Shown here piece by piece: positions 18,242 to 28,433 of a DNA stretch of 64,000 nt. The stretch comes from Deltaproteobacteria bacterium. Lineage in GTDB: Bacteria > Myxococcota_A > Polyangia > Fen-1088. How positions within the stretch are numbered: the stretch's first letter is position 1; each line of letters starts with the position of its first letter. The position numbers and the translations under genes were made by a program. Location of the stretch: assembly GCA_033763315.1 (NCBI GenBank), contig JANRKS010000034.1, positions 288,001 through 352,000 of the forward strand, read 5' to 3'. The notes below the pieces were generated by a model that saw nothing but the letters and a program-made list of their open reading frames with translations, made no database searches and was not told the origin of the DNA.

Positions 18242-19720
18242 TCACACCCGCATCAGTTGAGCAAGCGTTCCGCTCCCCGGATCGTTGTCACCAAATTTCT
18301 CCACGGGCATGCCGAACACCTGCGCGATCGACGTGAGCAGGCGGTGATGAACCACCCACTTTGCAACTTCTGGTTTGCTGCCCGGCATCGCGCCGGGGCT
18401 GGGCAACTTGATTGATTGCCCAGTTTTGAACGCAAAGTTCCCACCGCCGGCCATCCACAAGGGAAACCTGACGTGTTGATGAGGCCCAAGCTCAAGCGAC
18501 TGCAAGGTGGTGGTATCGGAGCCAAACAATACCAGCGTGTTGTCGAGAACGGTGCCGTTGCCTTCCTTGATGGAATCAAGGCGCCCGAGCAGATAGGCCC
18601 ATCGGGCTGCATACCAGCGGTCGAAGTTCTTGTGGGCTTCGATGTCAGCGGGGCGGCCTTTACCGTCCCCGACCGCGTGTGTCGTGCCGTGTTGGTCTCC
18701 GCCTGGCACAGCTTCGTCCATACCCCCATCACAAATGCCAAGCTGCAACGAAGCTGAGCGCGTGAGATCGCATGCGAAGGCCGCGGCGATAAGATCCATC
18801 TGTATGTGTACGCGGTCTTCGATCTTTGTTGGCACCGAGAACGCAGGCTTGGCGCAGCCTTCAGCGGCTGTGCCTGGCGCGGCCTGCGACGTGCCGCCCG
18901 AGGGGGCGGATGGTGTCGTTGGCGTCGCGCCGCCGCCCATCAGCTTGAGACGGTTCTCTAGGCTACTGATGCCATCGAGATGAGCGTCAACTTTCCTTTG
19001 ATCTTCACTGCCCGCCAACTTGCGCACGCGCCCTAGATCGTCCTTCACCAAGTTCAAGACGGACTGCTGCTGTTTGCGCGCGCGCTCCAAAGCACTCGTA
19101 TCAATGGGAGGAGAGGGGGTGCCGGGTGTCGGTGTGCCCGTTCCTCTGTCTGGCAACGTTGGCCCTGTGAATCCCTTGAACAGCATGTCGAACGCCGCTT
19201 GCGGGCTGCCCTGCGCTGTTACGGGCGTCTGCGCTTTGCTGAAGAACACGCCCGTGTGAGGGGCAGGTGCGCCGGCGTTCACGCCCAGGGCCAGCGACCG
19301 AAACTGCGTTTTCGCCTGTCCGTATTGGAAGTCGGCCACCGCCTGTTCAATGGACGGGCCATTCGCGAAGCTCGCCTTCTTTGCGCCCGTGAATACCATT
19401 GTCCCGCCCGACGCGTGCTCGTTGTCGTCGTTGCTAAAGAACCATTGAGGGCCGTAGAGGGCCAACCCGTCCAAGTACAACAGTTTGCTCTTCCACTGGT
19501 TCAAGGCCGTCATCGTTTCGCCCAAAGTGAAGCTGGCGCCCGAGCCCGTGGGCCAGAACGAATTCTCCAAGTATCCAAGCGGACTGAAGACTGTCAGAAT
19601 TCTCTTTGGAACGGTGGCTCCGTAAAGCGATTGCGGCAGAAACGGCGCAAGTCTGGCTGCGCCACCTGCCGCGGTGACGGCTACCAACATTCTGCGACGA
19701 GAAAGCGAAAAGGTGCTCAT
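18242..19720 (-). CDS. DUF1552 Tat-exported protein (copy B)
   Basis: LSRRRML Tat signal, GPSIEQAVA, DQRKVDAHLDGISSLE, AAFACDLTR, QHGTTH, EGNGTVLDNT, FKTGQ. Confidence 0.88.
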   Translation of the reverse strand: MSTFSLSRRRMLVAVTAAGGAARLAPFLPQSLYGATVPKRILTVFSPLGYLENSFWPTGSGASFTLGETMTALNQWKSKLLYLDGLALYGPQWFFSNDDNEHASGGTMVFTGAKKASFANGPSIEQAVADFQYGQAKTQFRSLALGVNAGAPAPHTGVFFSKAQTPVTAQGSPQAAFDMLFKGFTGPTLPDRGTGTPTPGTPSPPIDTSALERARKQQQSVLNLVKDDLGRVRKLAGSEDQRKVDAHLDGISSLENRLKLMGGGATPTTPSAPSGGTSQAAPGTAAEGCAKPAFSVPTKIEDRVHIQMDLIAAAFACDLTRSASLQLGICDGGMDEAVPGGDQHGTTHAVGDGKGRPADIEAHKNFDRWYAARWAYLLGRLDSIKEGNGTVLDNTLVLFGSDTTTLQSLELGPHQHVRFPLWMAGGGNFAFKTGQSIKLPSPGAMPGSKPEVAKWVVHHRLLTSIAQVFGMPVEKFGDNDPGSGTLAQLMRV

Positions 19721-19721
19721 A

Positions 19722-21443
19722 CTACTGCCCCCTGTAAAAGCGGAAAGAATCGCTGGCCACAAGCGAAAGGACGGCTGACTTGATGTCGCCCTTGCCGCTC
19801 AGAAACGTCTTCGTAAGGTCGTTTATAGAACACGCATCCTCACTTTGAGGGTCGCGTCCCAACGCAAACTTGATCCACTGCTGCGACATGCAGGTACGCA
19901 CTTCCGGGCTCTTCGCCAAGATGCCCGACATCTCCTTTGCGTTCGAGAACTTGCCGTCGCCTTCGATGTTCACGATTTCGCCGGATCCATCGATGTCGTG
20001 ACCGCCGCCATCCTTGGTGCGGAACGCGCCCATGGGGTCGTAGTTCTCAAACCCGAATCCGATGGAGTCCATCAATTGATGGCAGCCTTTGCACGACGGG
20101 TTTTCTTGGTGAATGCGTAAGAGCTCTTGCGCCGTTTTTGTTTCGGCGTCTGGCGGAAGCGTGAAATCAACTTTCACTGTGGGCGGAGGAACAACCTCAC
20201 AAAGCACGTCGCGACGGACCAAATGGCCCCTGTTGACGGCTCCGCGAGGTGAAAGCTGTGCGGGGTGCGACGCTAGCACCCCCGCCAACGTCAACAAACC
20301 TTGTCTCGAACCATCAGACACTTCAGCGCGACCATCATCGCTGGCCTTGATTCTGTCGCCATACACACGCGCCAGTGGCCCTTGCGGAAACACGTAAGCC
20401 CCGGTGAACATTTCTTCCACAGAGCCACTGCCCTTGGTCATCACGTAGCCGACGAACTTGCGCGGCTCCTCGGCCATCGCCTGACGCATCTCCTCAGTGA
20501 AATCGGGAAATCTGCCTGATTTGCTCACTTCAGCCGTAGTCACAGCGTCGATGCCCAGCAGCTCTACGTGAAACTCCTTTGCGACGTCGATGAACCTATC
20601 CGTGGCGATGAGCTTCTTTGCATAACTTTGTACGCCTTCGACGGTATCCAATTTGCCGTCCGCGGCTGCGGAGAACAAATCTGCGTCCGGCATCGTGCCT
20701 GTTAGGGTGTAGGCCAAGCGCGAGGCCATTTCGTAGCCATTTAGCTTGCGCATGCCGTTGTCGTCGGGGGCGCCCGCTTCCACCAGATAAAGAAAGTTCG
20801 GCGACGACAGCATGGCTTGCACCACGAGGCGGATGCCCGAAGCAAAACTCTCTTCCTTGCCCGTCATGTACAGACCGGCGAACGCGGATTTCTCGTCGCT
20901 TTGCAAGGGCCGGCGATAGGCGCGAGCGCCAAACGTTTCAATAAACCGTGTGGCGCAACGGTCTTCGCCCATCGTTTTCGTGTCACACGATAACAGCGAC
21001 GACAGATCTCCTGACGCCTTCTCGGATAGCGTTTTGGCCAAGGTGTCGTAGGCGCCCACGTCACCTTCTTCTACGGGAAACAATGCGTTTGTTTTGAACG
21101 GCCCCGTGCGCGAATCACCAAGGAGAATAGACGTGTCGGGGGCTTGCCCAAGCAGTTCCTTCACCGTGGCGGCGTATTGGCGAGCGGTTAGCCGACGCCA
21201 TCGACCGCTGCCCACCCCGCGCGATTCACACGCGCTTGGCCCCGGACCGCTGCCGCCATTGTCTACGTCGCCGCCGCCGGCGCCGCCGCGATCGTTCCCG
21301 TCACCCTTTGAGGACACCGATCCCGTGCAGCCTGCAGCCAGCGCGGAGATAGATCCTGTGGCGAGGCTGAATGCGAGAAGTTGGCGTGAGAGCCACCGAT
21401 GCGGATTCGCCGCCTGGCCGTAGCTATAGAACTTCCTGCCCAT
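19722..21443 (-). CDS. DUF1587/1595/1592/1588/1585 lipoprotein (copy B) with CxxCH
   Basis: Lipobox LAAGC, RRLTARQY, RAYRRPL, LSSPNFLY, EMASRLAY, NRG..VRRDVLC, CKGCH. Confidence 0.88.
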   Translation of the reverse strand: MGRKFYSYGQAANPHRWLSRQLLAFSLATGSISALAAGCTGSVSSKGDGNDRGGAGGGDVDNGGSGPGPSACESRGVGSGRWRRLTARQYAATVKELLGQAPDTSILLGDSRTGPFKTNALFPVEEGDVGAYDTLAKTLSEKASGDLSSLLSCDTKTMGEDRCATRFIETFGARAYRRPLQSDEKSAFAGLYMTGKEESFASGIRLVVQAMLSSPNFLYLVEAGAPDDNGMRKLNGYEMASRLAYTLTGTMPDADLFSAAADGKLDTVEGVQSYAKKLIATDRFIDVAKEFHVELLGIDAVTTAEVSKSGRFPDFTEEMRQAMAEEPRKFVGYVMTKGSGSVEEMFTGAYVFPQGPLARVYGDRIKASDDGRAEVSDGSRQGLLTLAGVLASHPAQLSPRGAVNRGHLVRRDVLCEVVPPPTVKVDFTLPPDAETKTAQELLRIHQENPSCKGCHQLMDSIGFGFENYDPMGAFRTKDGGGHDIDGSGEIVNIEGDGKFSNAKEMSGILAKSPEVRTCMSQQWIKFALGRDPQSEDACSINDLTKTFLSGKGDIKSAVLSLVASDSFRFYRGQ

Positions 21444-21559
21444 CTCATCTCCTTGGTGCGTCGATCCAACTGGATCACCAAAGAGGATGAGTTGTTTCGA
21501 TGTAGAAGGACATGGGCCGTTGGTCCCGATGCTCCCTTCCTTCAGGGGGCAATGCGCTG

Positions 21560-22198
21560 TCAGCCCGCCACGAGCCGCTCAAGCGCCTGCCGCACGAGCT
21601 TCTTGGCGCGCGCCAAGGTCATGGCACCGCCGCGCACAGCCACCTGAAAGCACACGCCGTCTATCAACGCAACCAGGCTTCGCGTTGCTTCTGTGATGTT
21701 TAGGTCATTGTGCAAAGATCCATCTTGAACGCCAGCCTTGATCAGCCGCGCGACGATCGCGTTCCAAGCGCGGTAACGGCGTGCATGCGTGCGCGCCAGG
21801 TTCGGTTCATAAACCGCGCGCGACCAAAAGGCGATCCACAGGCGCCACTGTCGCATCGTCTCCGCGTCATCAGGCAGGACGGCGTCAACAAGGGCCGTTA
21901 GGCGTTGCAGCGCCGAGCCCTCGCGGCTTTGGCGAGCCAACGTTTCCGTAAAGCGGACGGATTCTCGCTCCAACGCTTCTGCCAGCAATTGATCCACGGA
22001 GGCAAAGTGGTGCGTCACTGTGCCGAGCGAAACCTGCGAAGCCTCCGCGATCCGGCGCATCGTGGCCGACAGCAGACCCTCATCAGCGATTACGCGCGCG
22101 GCGGCCTCTAAGACCATCGATCGGCGCACATCTGCGGAATGCCGGGCCACAGGCTGGCTATCTTCGGAGGTCGTACGTGAACGCTTACGCTTTGGCAT
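21560..22198 (-). CDS. TetR-family transcriptional regulator (BetI-like C-terminus)
   Basis: AAARVIADEGLLSATMRRIAEASQVSLGTVTHHF HTH. LVALIDG in the C-terminal domain. Confidence 0.92.
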   Translation of the reverse strand: MPKRKRSRTTSEDSQPVARHSADVRRSMVLEAAARVIADEGLLSATMRRIAEASQVSLGTVTHHFASVDQLLAEALERESVRFTETLARQSREGSALQRLTALVDAVLPDDAETMRQWRLWIAFWSRAVYEPNLARTHARRYRAWNAIVARLIKAGVQDGSLHNDLNITEATRSLVALIDGVCFQVAVRGGAMTLARAKKLVRQALERLVAG

Positions 22199-22201
22199 TG
22201 G

Positions 22202-23467
22202 CTAGCGCGGGATGAGTCGAAAAGGCCTTGTCATGAAGGCATAGTAGCTGTCTTTGGGGGCAGGCGGTTTCGTAAATTGTGAGTAGTCGCCTGAGAACAG
22301 CAGCGTGCCTTGCATGCCGTCGGCGCTTAACCACTTCGACGGAATCTGCGGCAGATAGGCCACATGCTCACCTTCCCACTTCGGTTCATGATGCACCAAA
22401 GCCCAGGGGCCCCACGGGGTGGGGCCTTCAACGATCGTTAGTTGGCGCGCTCGATGCCAGGTCTTTGCTGCAACCTCGGGCATGGTTGCCAATGAATGTG
22501 GAACCACATCGCTGAAGTAGGCAAGCAGGAAGCGACCAAGCCCCGCGTTCCAGGTCATGCTCGGATGCCCAACCTTTCCCGGATCGCTCAAGATCGGACG
22601 CGCGCGAAACTCTTCGTTTGTCCATGCTGGCTCTCCGGCAACGCCAGCGTAAAACTGCCATGCGGCACGATCCAGAATGCGTTCTCGCGGCACGCGGGCC
22701 ATGAAGATGTTGTTTCCGGTTTCCCAGTTTTCATCATTCGACAACGCGTAGACATAAGGTTCCAAGTTCTTCGGAACGTCTGTGTATCCAGGCCCAAATC
22801 CAACAAAGGCCAGCCCGCCAAAGTTGGGGCCGAGAAAATATGGTGTGGACGCATCAGGAATGTTCTGCCAGGTGTTACCGGCATCATCGGAATACATGAT
22901 GCCCGCCACGCCCGCGTGCGACGACACCGCGTCCAACAACATGGTCGCGGCATCCGGCCGAATCGGGTTGTTGCTCTGCTTTTCGGTCAGTCGCCAACGC
23001 TCGTTTCCAGGAAACGAATAGTCGTAGTCATACGCCGCCACATACAACCGTTTGTCCACGGCGAGCGCACCCGAGACGTACCGAACCTTGGCCGTGTTTT
23101 GTCGCCTCAAGCCAGGGAAGCGCGAAATTTCTTCTACCTTGTGTTGGGGCGGAACACCGGAGACGCGCAATAGATGTGCGAAGTGCCAAGGGTTATCGAA
23201 GTTGTGGCCATCGTCGTCAACGACATAGAGCTCCCCGTCGGCGCCCCATGTCCACCAGTGCATGTCCGTTGCCGTGCCGGGGTATTTAAATGCCGGCCCC
23301 GTAAACTCGAAGCCGCGGATTAGCTTGCTTTTCGGCAAGGGCGGGGCGCTCACGGGCCGCGCCGGGGATGCGGCGGCGTCTCGCGTGGGCGCATGCGCGC
23401 AAAGCGACGTCAAAAGGCCAGCGGATCCATAGGTGAACGCTCTGCGATTCATATTGCGATGGGCCAT
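22202..23467 (-). CDS. Tat-exported DUF4185-like beta-propeller glycoside hydrolase
   Basis: MNRRAF Tat signal, TWGADG.LY..DDG, SDDAGNTW (Asp-box), MARVP...AWQFYAG, GPTPWGPW, PSKWLSADG. Confidence 0.7.
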   Translation of the reverse strand: MAHRNMNRRAFTYGSAGLLTSLCAHAPTRDAAASPARPVSAPPLPKSKLIRGFEFTGPAFKYPGTATDMHWWTWGADGELYVVDDDGHNFDNPWHFAHLLRVSGVPPQHKVEEISRFPGLRRQNTAKVRYVSGALAVDKRLYVAAYDYDYSFPGNERWRLTEKQSNNPIRPDAATMLLDAVSSHAGVAGIMYSDDAGNTWQNIPDASTPYFLGPNFGGLAFVGFGPGYTDVPKNLEPYVYALSNDENWETGNNIFMARVPRERILDRAAWQFYAGVAGEPAWTNEEFRARPILSDPGKVGHPSMTWNAGLGRFLLAYFSDVVPHSLATMPEVAAKTWHRARQLTIVEGPTPWGPWALVHHEPKWEGEHVAYLPQIPSKWLSADGMQGTLLFSGDYSQFTKPPAPKDSYYAFMTRPFRLIPR

Positions 23468-23477
23468 GTTGCGCTAA

Positions 23478-23493
23478 TCGTACCAATGTACGA
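23478..23493. promoter_or_regulatory. Putative operator copy 3, TCGTAC-CAAT-GTACGA
   Basis: Perfect 6-bp arms about 11 bp upstream of the first gene of the DUF4185-tetR unit. Confidence 0.7.
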
Positions 23494-23558
23494 CAAGAAT
23501 TCAACATGTGGCCCGCAGAGGCGCCTTTGCCGCACGGGGGACCTTTGGGGGGCGGCCT

Positions 23559-24956
23559 TTATTCCGCCTTGTCTTCAGCTTTGACGCGGTTGCGGCCCGA
23601 GCACTTTGCTGTGTACATGGCGCGGTCCGCACGATCCATCAAAGCGTCAATCGATTCACCGGGTTGCCACATTGCCAGGCCAATGGAGGCTGTGACCGGA
23701 ATCGCTTGTGCGTGCCCGTCATTGACGGGCAACTTCTCAATTGCCAACCGGATGCGTTCAGCTGCCACCATGCCTCCCAAAAGATTTGTGCCCGACAACG
23801 CGATCACGAATTCCTCCCCGCCCCACCTCGCCACAAGATCAACCTTGCGTGCCTCGCAGGCCAAAAGCTTGCCAAGCGCCGCCAACACGGCGTCGCCGCT
23901 GGCGTGGCCACGCTTGTCGTTGATCGCCTTGAAATGATCGACATCCAGAAGAAGCAAGCTCATGGGAAAGCCTTGCCGGACGGCCCGCTCAAGCTCGATG
24001 ACCAATGACGCTTGAAAAGCTCGCCGGTTCATGAGTCCCGTCAACGGATCTCGCGTCGCCATCCGCTGCGCTTCTTCCACGAGGGTGGCCATCCGAATGG
24101 GCCCGCCCAGCTCCCGCGCAATGACGGCGAGAAGCTCTTGGTCCTGCTTCTGCAAAGGCTCTTTGGCCGCAATCACAAGCTTGCCGATGACTGTGTCTAG
24201 AAAATTCACGGGCCAGGTTTCGGGCGCTTGGCCATTTTCGGCGTCCAGTGCGTCTTCGTCCTCCACGAGAAACAAAGGCGCGTGCTCTGGCACCTGCAAT
24301 GCCGCGCGTGCTTCGGCTTCGCAACTGGATCGCTGGCCCGGGTGGGTGTGAAGTGCGAAGCGGTTGGGCACGTCCGTTTGCAAAGCCAGCCAGCGATAGT
24401 TGACCACCTGGCAGACGAACTGGGTGAATAGATCAAAGAGACGGTCAAACGCTCCACACAGAGAAAGCGCGCGAATGTCAGAGGCGATGACTGCCTCAAG
24501 TAGCGCCGCATCAAGGTATGAAGCGATCCGGTCTCGGATGTCCATCGTTTCGCTGGGCAGCTGGCAGAAGAACGCGTCCCCCTCTGGTGTGTCTTGTATG
24601 GCGCGGCAAAGCGCGCGCACCAAGTCTCCCATGCGGCCCTTCGCCACGAACGCGCTGGCGCCGGCGCGTTCGGCCCAAAAATGGTTTCTGTGTCCCTCCG
24701 GCCCCCTCAGCACAACAGGAACGGCGCGGGTGGCGGGCTCAGCTTTCAACAGCCTGCACAGCTGAAGCCCCGATATGCTTGGCATCCACAAGTCGGCGAT
24801 CACTGCAGCAGGTGGGTTGGATAGCGCCAGGTGCGCGCCTTCCGCCGGACCTGCGCAGGCCGTGACCACATAGCCTTGCATCTTCAGGCGCTCGGTCAGC
24901 ACCTCTCTGCTGCTTTCAATCGGGTCGATGAGAATGATGGCGCTGGAGGCTCGCAC
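23559..24956 (-). CDS. Response-regulator diguanylate cyclase (REC + GAF-like + GGDEF)
   Basis: IADLWMP receiver, DPLTGLMNRR, DVDHFKAINDKRGHASGD, RKVD I-site, GGEEF, ADRAMYTAK..GRNRV. Confidence 0.92.
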   Translation of the reverse strand: MRASSAIILIDPIESSREVLTERLKMQGYVVTACAGPAEGAHLALSNPPAAVIADLWMPSISGLQLCRLLKAEPATRAVPVVLRGPEGHRNHFWAERAGASAFVAKGRMGDLVRALCRAIQDTPEGDAFFCQLPSETMDIRDRIASYLDAALLEAVIASDIRALSLCGAFDRLFDLFTQFVCQVVNYRWLALQTDVPNRFALHTHPGQRSSCEAEARAALQVPEHAPLFLVEDEDALDAENGQAPETWPVNFLDTVIGKLVIAAKEPLQKQDQELLAVIARELGGPIRMATLVEEAQRMATRDPLTGLMNRRAFQASLVIELERAVRQGFPMSLLLLDVDHFKAINDKRGHASGDAVLAALGKLLACEARKVDLVARWGGEEFVIALSGTNLLGGMVAAERIRLAIEKLPVNDGHAQAIPVTASIGLAMWQPGESIDALMDRADRAMYTAKCSGRNRVKAEDKAE

Positions 24957-25194
24957 GGGTGCCTCTTACATCGGACGAGGCGGATCCCCACTGAAGCGTT
25001 TGAGGCCTGTCCTGACGCGCGATGGGTGTTAGGCGCGTCTCCGTGGACGTGCAATCCCTCGCCGAAGGCTGCTTAGGAGGGGCCTGCCTGCTGCCGAAAC
25101 TTCACGGATTTACGCCGAGGTGTCTTGGTGTTTTGTGGCCTGGGCCGCCGCAAGCTGCAACTTGGCAGCTCACGGCGCTGTGGCGCAGATGCCG

Positions 25195-28100
25195 CTACTG
25201 AACGGTGACGTTGTCGAACGTGGTGTTTGACGAACGCATCCCCACGCCGACCTTACCGGACGTGAACGTGGAATTGACGACGTTGTTGAACAACACCGTC
25301 GTGACGCCCCCGGTGAGCGCTGTGACTTTAAAGGCATTGCCCGCCAAGGCCGAAACTGTGACCTTCACCGTTTTGCCTGCGGTTGGATACGTACCCGCAT
25401 ACGTTGCGATGGTGGCATCCACACCTGCCACCCGCTTATTTAAGGTGACGGAGTTGGCGCCCGGTGTGTTCGCGTTGCTCATTTGCAAATAGAAGAAGTT
25501 GTTCGCGTCCACGATGTTGAACGCAATTCGTGAGGCGTTCCAGTCGCCACCGGCGCCTCCATTCAGCAAATCAACTTGATAGGTGTACGGAGGTACAAAT
25601 GATTTGCCGTTGTAGTAGGACAACTGAGTGGTTGACCACGAGCTGAACACGAGTGCTTTGGACGCAGCGGAGCAGTTCGTGCTCAAGATCCACCCCGGTG
25701 CCGTGCCAGCGGTAAACGCTTCGCTGTAAGCGTTGGGGTTAGAGACAGCGCCGTAGTTTGCCGTAAACGTTGTGGCGGTCGCAGGGGCCGCGATGGTATG
25801 CAAGGCCGCGCCACCGTCGGACCAATTCGAAAATTGGTACGAACCTCCTGGCAGCGTTGCCGTAGCGGGCGCTTCAAGATCCCACTTGATGCCAACCACG
25901 CTTGCAAAGGCATAGGGCGTGGTGACGGACACGCCATCTAGCTTCAGCGGCAAGCCGCTCGGCGACGACGCCAGCGTCAAGTTCACAAGGTTGGGCGAAA
26001 CCTCGGTCACGGCTTCGGCGGAAGCGCCTTGCGAGTCTGTTACGCGAAGATGAATTAACAACGAAACATCCGTGGATTTCTCGTCGGTTTGCGAGGGCAC
26101 GATTGAACCGCTGGTGATGCCGGAGGTTTGCGGCAACGCGCTGTGTGTGTGCGTGTTGTGCCGAAACTCGATCCACCAAGTGAATGCCGATGCGGGGAGG
26201 GTGCCATCTTCTGGATCCGTTCCCGTACCCGAGAATGAAAGTGTTTGCCCAGCGTTGTATTTGGCCCCCGCCGCCGGCGTCACGATCTTGGGAACAGGCA
26301 CGCCGTTGGCGGTCACCGTTAAGGTGGCCACGGCCGTTGAGGCGGTTCCCGCGCTGTTGCTTGCCACCGCTTGGAATTGGGCACCGTTGTCGCCGATCAC
26401 CAACGCTGGCGTCGTGTAACAAGCCGATGTGGCGCCGCTGATGTTTATCCCGCCGCGCTTCCACTGATAGGTGGGCGTGGGGCTGCCCGTGGCGCTTGTG
26501 CAGAATGTGGCGGTTTGTCCAACCGATTTCGTAACGCTTGCGGGTTGTTGCGTGATGGCAGGCGCGGTGCTGCCAGCGTTGTAAGTCACGCGGTAAAGCC
26601 CCGAGGTTGAGGGCGTGTAGCTATCGCCCCGCGACAGATAGTAGAGGCTGCCGTCGGGCGCCACGTCGATGTCCACGGGATGCAAAGCGAGATTCGTCGG
26701 CGAAAAGATAACAGGTGCCGCGGTCAAGTTTGCAGGATCCAAATATTTGATCCAACCGTTGACGTGGTCGGTGAAAAAGTATTTGCCGACGTACGTTGCT
26801 GGAAACTGATTCGTCGCGGGTTGATAGAACGTGGCCCCAACCACTGATTTGCCAAAGGCGTCGCCGTCACCATGAGCGTACGTGTAAGCGGGCCCCAAAT
26901 AATCAGTGGGAATGACGGCGCCTGTGTTTCCTTCGCGATCCGGCCAGCCATAGTTGGCCTTCTTTGCAAGCACGTTGATCTCTTCCCACGTGTCTTGACC
27001 GTTGTCGTTGATGTACAACGTGCTGGTGCCAGGCTGCATGGCGCCCGTGAACGGGTTGCGCAAACCACGCGCCCAGATCGCGCGGTATTTTCCTGTGGCT
27101 GTTGTGTAAAACGGATTGTCGGTGGGAATGGTGCCATCGGCATTGATGCGCAGCACCTTGCCGAACGTGCTGGTCAACGCTTGTGAATACTCCCAGTGAT
27201 CGTTCGGCGATCCCGTTTGGATATACAGCTTGCCATCGGCGCCAAAATTGATGCCGCCACCCATGTGCGTGGTGGAGCCCGTGCGGTCATCCAATTGGAA
27301 CACCAAAATTTCGCTGCCGGCCATGGCCACATCGCCATTGGCGGTCAAGCGGCTGATTCGTGTGTGGCCAGGCGTTCCAGCCACCGCATAGAACACGTAA
27401 ACGTAATTGTTGGTGGCAAAGTTTGGGTCAAAAGCCAAGCCCAGCAAACCGTAATCCTGTGTGGAGAACACATTCGACAAAGCCACGAACGGCGTGGGCA
27501 TTACCGCCCCGTTCTTGAACACACGAATGGTTCCCCCTTGTTCCAAAACAAACACACGGCCGTCAGGTGCGATCGCCATTTGTGTGGGGCGATCAAAATT
27601 GGTTGCCACACGCGACGTCGCAAACGAACCCGTTGAAGCCGCCTGCAGGGTCAAACGCGCCCACGTTGATGTATCGGTCCAGTTGTTCGCCGTGCCAAAG
27701 GCCTGCACTTGGCCATCGCGGGGGCCGCCGCTGTCGTCATCGTTGATCCCAACGTCGAAGCCCACCTGCGTTCCGGCCGCTCCCGCGATGCCAAGGTTGG
27801 TCCATGGCACCGCGTACCTCACAGTCAAGGTGTTGCCCGAAACCGTTGCGGTCTGCAACACGCCACTACTTAGACCGTGCTGCTCAAACAGAGCGCGGCC
27901 TGATGTAACGACGAACTGACGATCAAACGAATCGTACGCTACACCACGGTTGTTGTTGGCGTCGATGTAAAGCTCAACCGAATCGTCGTCCCACAGGTTG
28001 GTGGAATCGATTGAAATGGCCGTCGTGTCTGCAAACACGGTTTCGACGCCCAGATAACCCGCGTCCCACCACACACGGAACGTGGCGGTGCCCGTAAATG

Positions 28101-28311
28101 TTCCGGAGGCAAGCTTGGATACTGCCGTTGCCGTGGTGGCGGCAGGCGCCGCTTGAATCACGCCTGCAGACACAACCGCGCCAAAGGGGGCGACGATGTC
28201 CGTGGTTACCGGCTGCTGGATGCGTTCGGGCGCGGGGTTGGTGGTGGGCTGACATGAGGCCACACAAAAGGCCCCAAGGAGCAATGCAGTTGACGTCCTT
28301 GGTTTGAGCAT
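25195..28311 (-). CDS. Multidomain lipoprotein: CBM9-like + PQQ-type glucose/sorbosone dehydrogenase beta-propeller + Ig/PKD-like + lectin-like domain
   Basis: Lipobox VASC. WDDDSVELYID...GFDVGINDDD (CBM9-like). GLLGLAFDPNF, HMGGGINFGADGKLY, GKVLRINADGTIPTDNPF, GLRNPF, WEEIN, NYGWP (GSDH). PAITQQPAS (Ig). GTDPEDGTL (PKD-like). Confidence 0.85.
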   Translation of the reverse strand: MLKPRTSTALLLGAFCVASCQPTTNPAPERIQQPVTTDIVAPFGAVVSAGVIQAAPAATTATAVSKLASGTFTGTATFRVWWDAGYLGVETVFADTTAISIDSTNLWDDDSVELYIDANNNRGVAYDSFDRQFVVTSGRALFEQHGLSSGVLQTATVSGNTLTVRYAVPWTNLGIAGAAGTQVGFDVGINDDDSGGPRDGQVQAFGTANNWTDTSTWARLTLQAASTGSFATSRVATNFDRPTQMAIAPDGRVFVLEQGGTIRVFKNGAVMPTPFVALSNVFSTQDYGLLGLAFDPNFATNNYVYVFYAVAGTPGHTRISRLTANGDVAMAGSEILVFQLDDRTGSTTHMGGGINFGADGKLYIQTGSPNDHWEYSQALTSTFGKVLRINADGTIPTDNPFYTTATGKYRAIWARGLRNPFTGAMQPGTSTLYINDNGQDTWEEINVLAKKANYGWPDREGNTGAVIPTDYLGPAYTYAHGDGDAFGKSVVGATFYQPATNQFPATYVGKYFFTDHVNGWIKYLDPANLTAAPVIFSPTNLALHPVDIDVAPDGSLYYLSRGDSYTPSTSGLYRVTYNAGSTAPAITQQPASVTKSVGQTATFCTSATGSPTPTYQWKRGGINISGATSACYTTPALVIGDNGAQFQAVASNSAGTASTAVATLTVTANGVPVPKIVTPAAGAKYNAGQTLSFSGTGTDPEDGTLPASAFTWWIEFRHNTHTHSALPQTSGITSGSIVPSQTDEKSTDVSLLIHLRVTDSQGASAEAVTEVSPNLVNLTLASSPSGLPLKLDGVSVTTPYAFASVVGIKWDLEAPATATLPGGSYQFSNWSDGGAALHTIAAPATATTFTANYGAVSNPNAYSEAFTAGTAPGWILSTNCSAASKALVFSSWSTTQLSYYNGKSFVPPYTYQVDLLNGGAGGDWNASRIAFNIVDANNFFYLQMSNANTPGANSVTLNKRVAGVDATIATYAGTYPTAGKTVKVTVSALAGNAFKVTALTGGVTTVLFNNVVNSTFTSGKVGVGMRSSNTTFDNVTVQ

Positions 28312-28433
28312 TTCTACCTGCCGCTTTTGACATGCAGGCGCCTAATGCGCCATGGCACTGTTCGCTTGTTGTGCTTGGTTAAGGCTCGCGGAATCATCGA
28401 GCTGCCTCGCCGCGCTGGCGCGTAACGCCCTTT

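Noticed and set aside
23559-24956. Possible Hypr GGDEF (cGAMP synthase) paired with a GEMM-Ib riboswitch
   Set aside because: The enzyme has GHASGD with Asp, not the Ser typical of Hypr enzymes, and the riboswitch has G at the discriminator. Both point to c-di-GMP.
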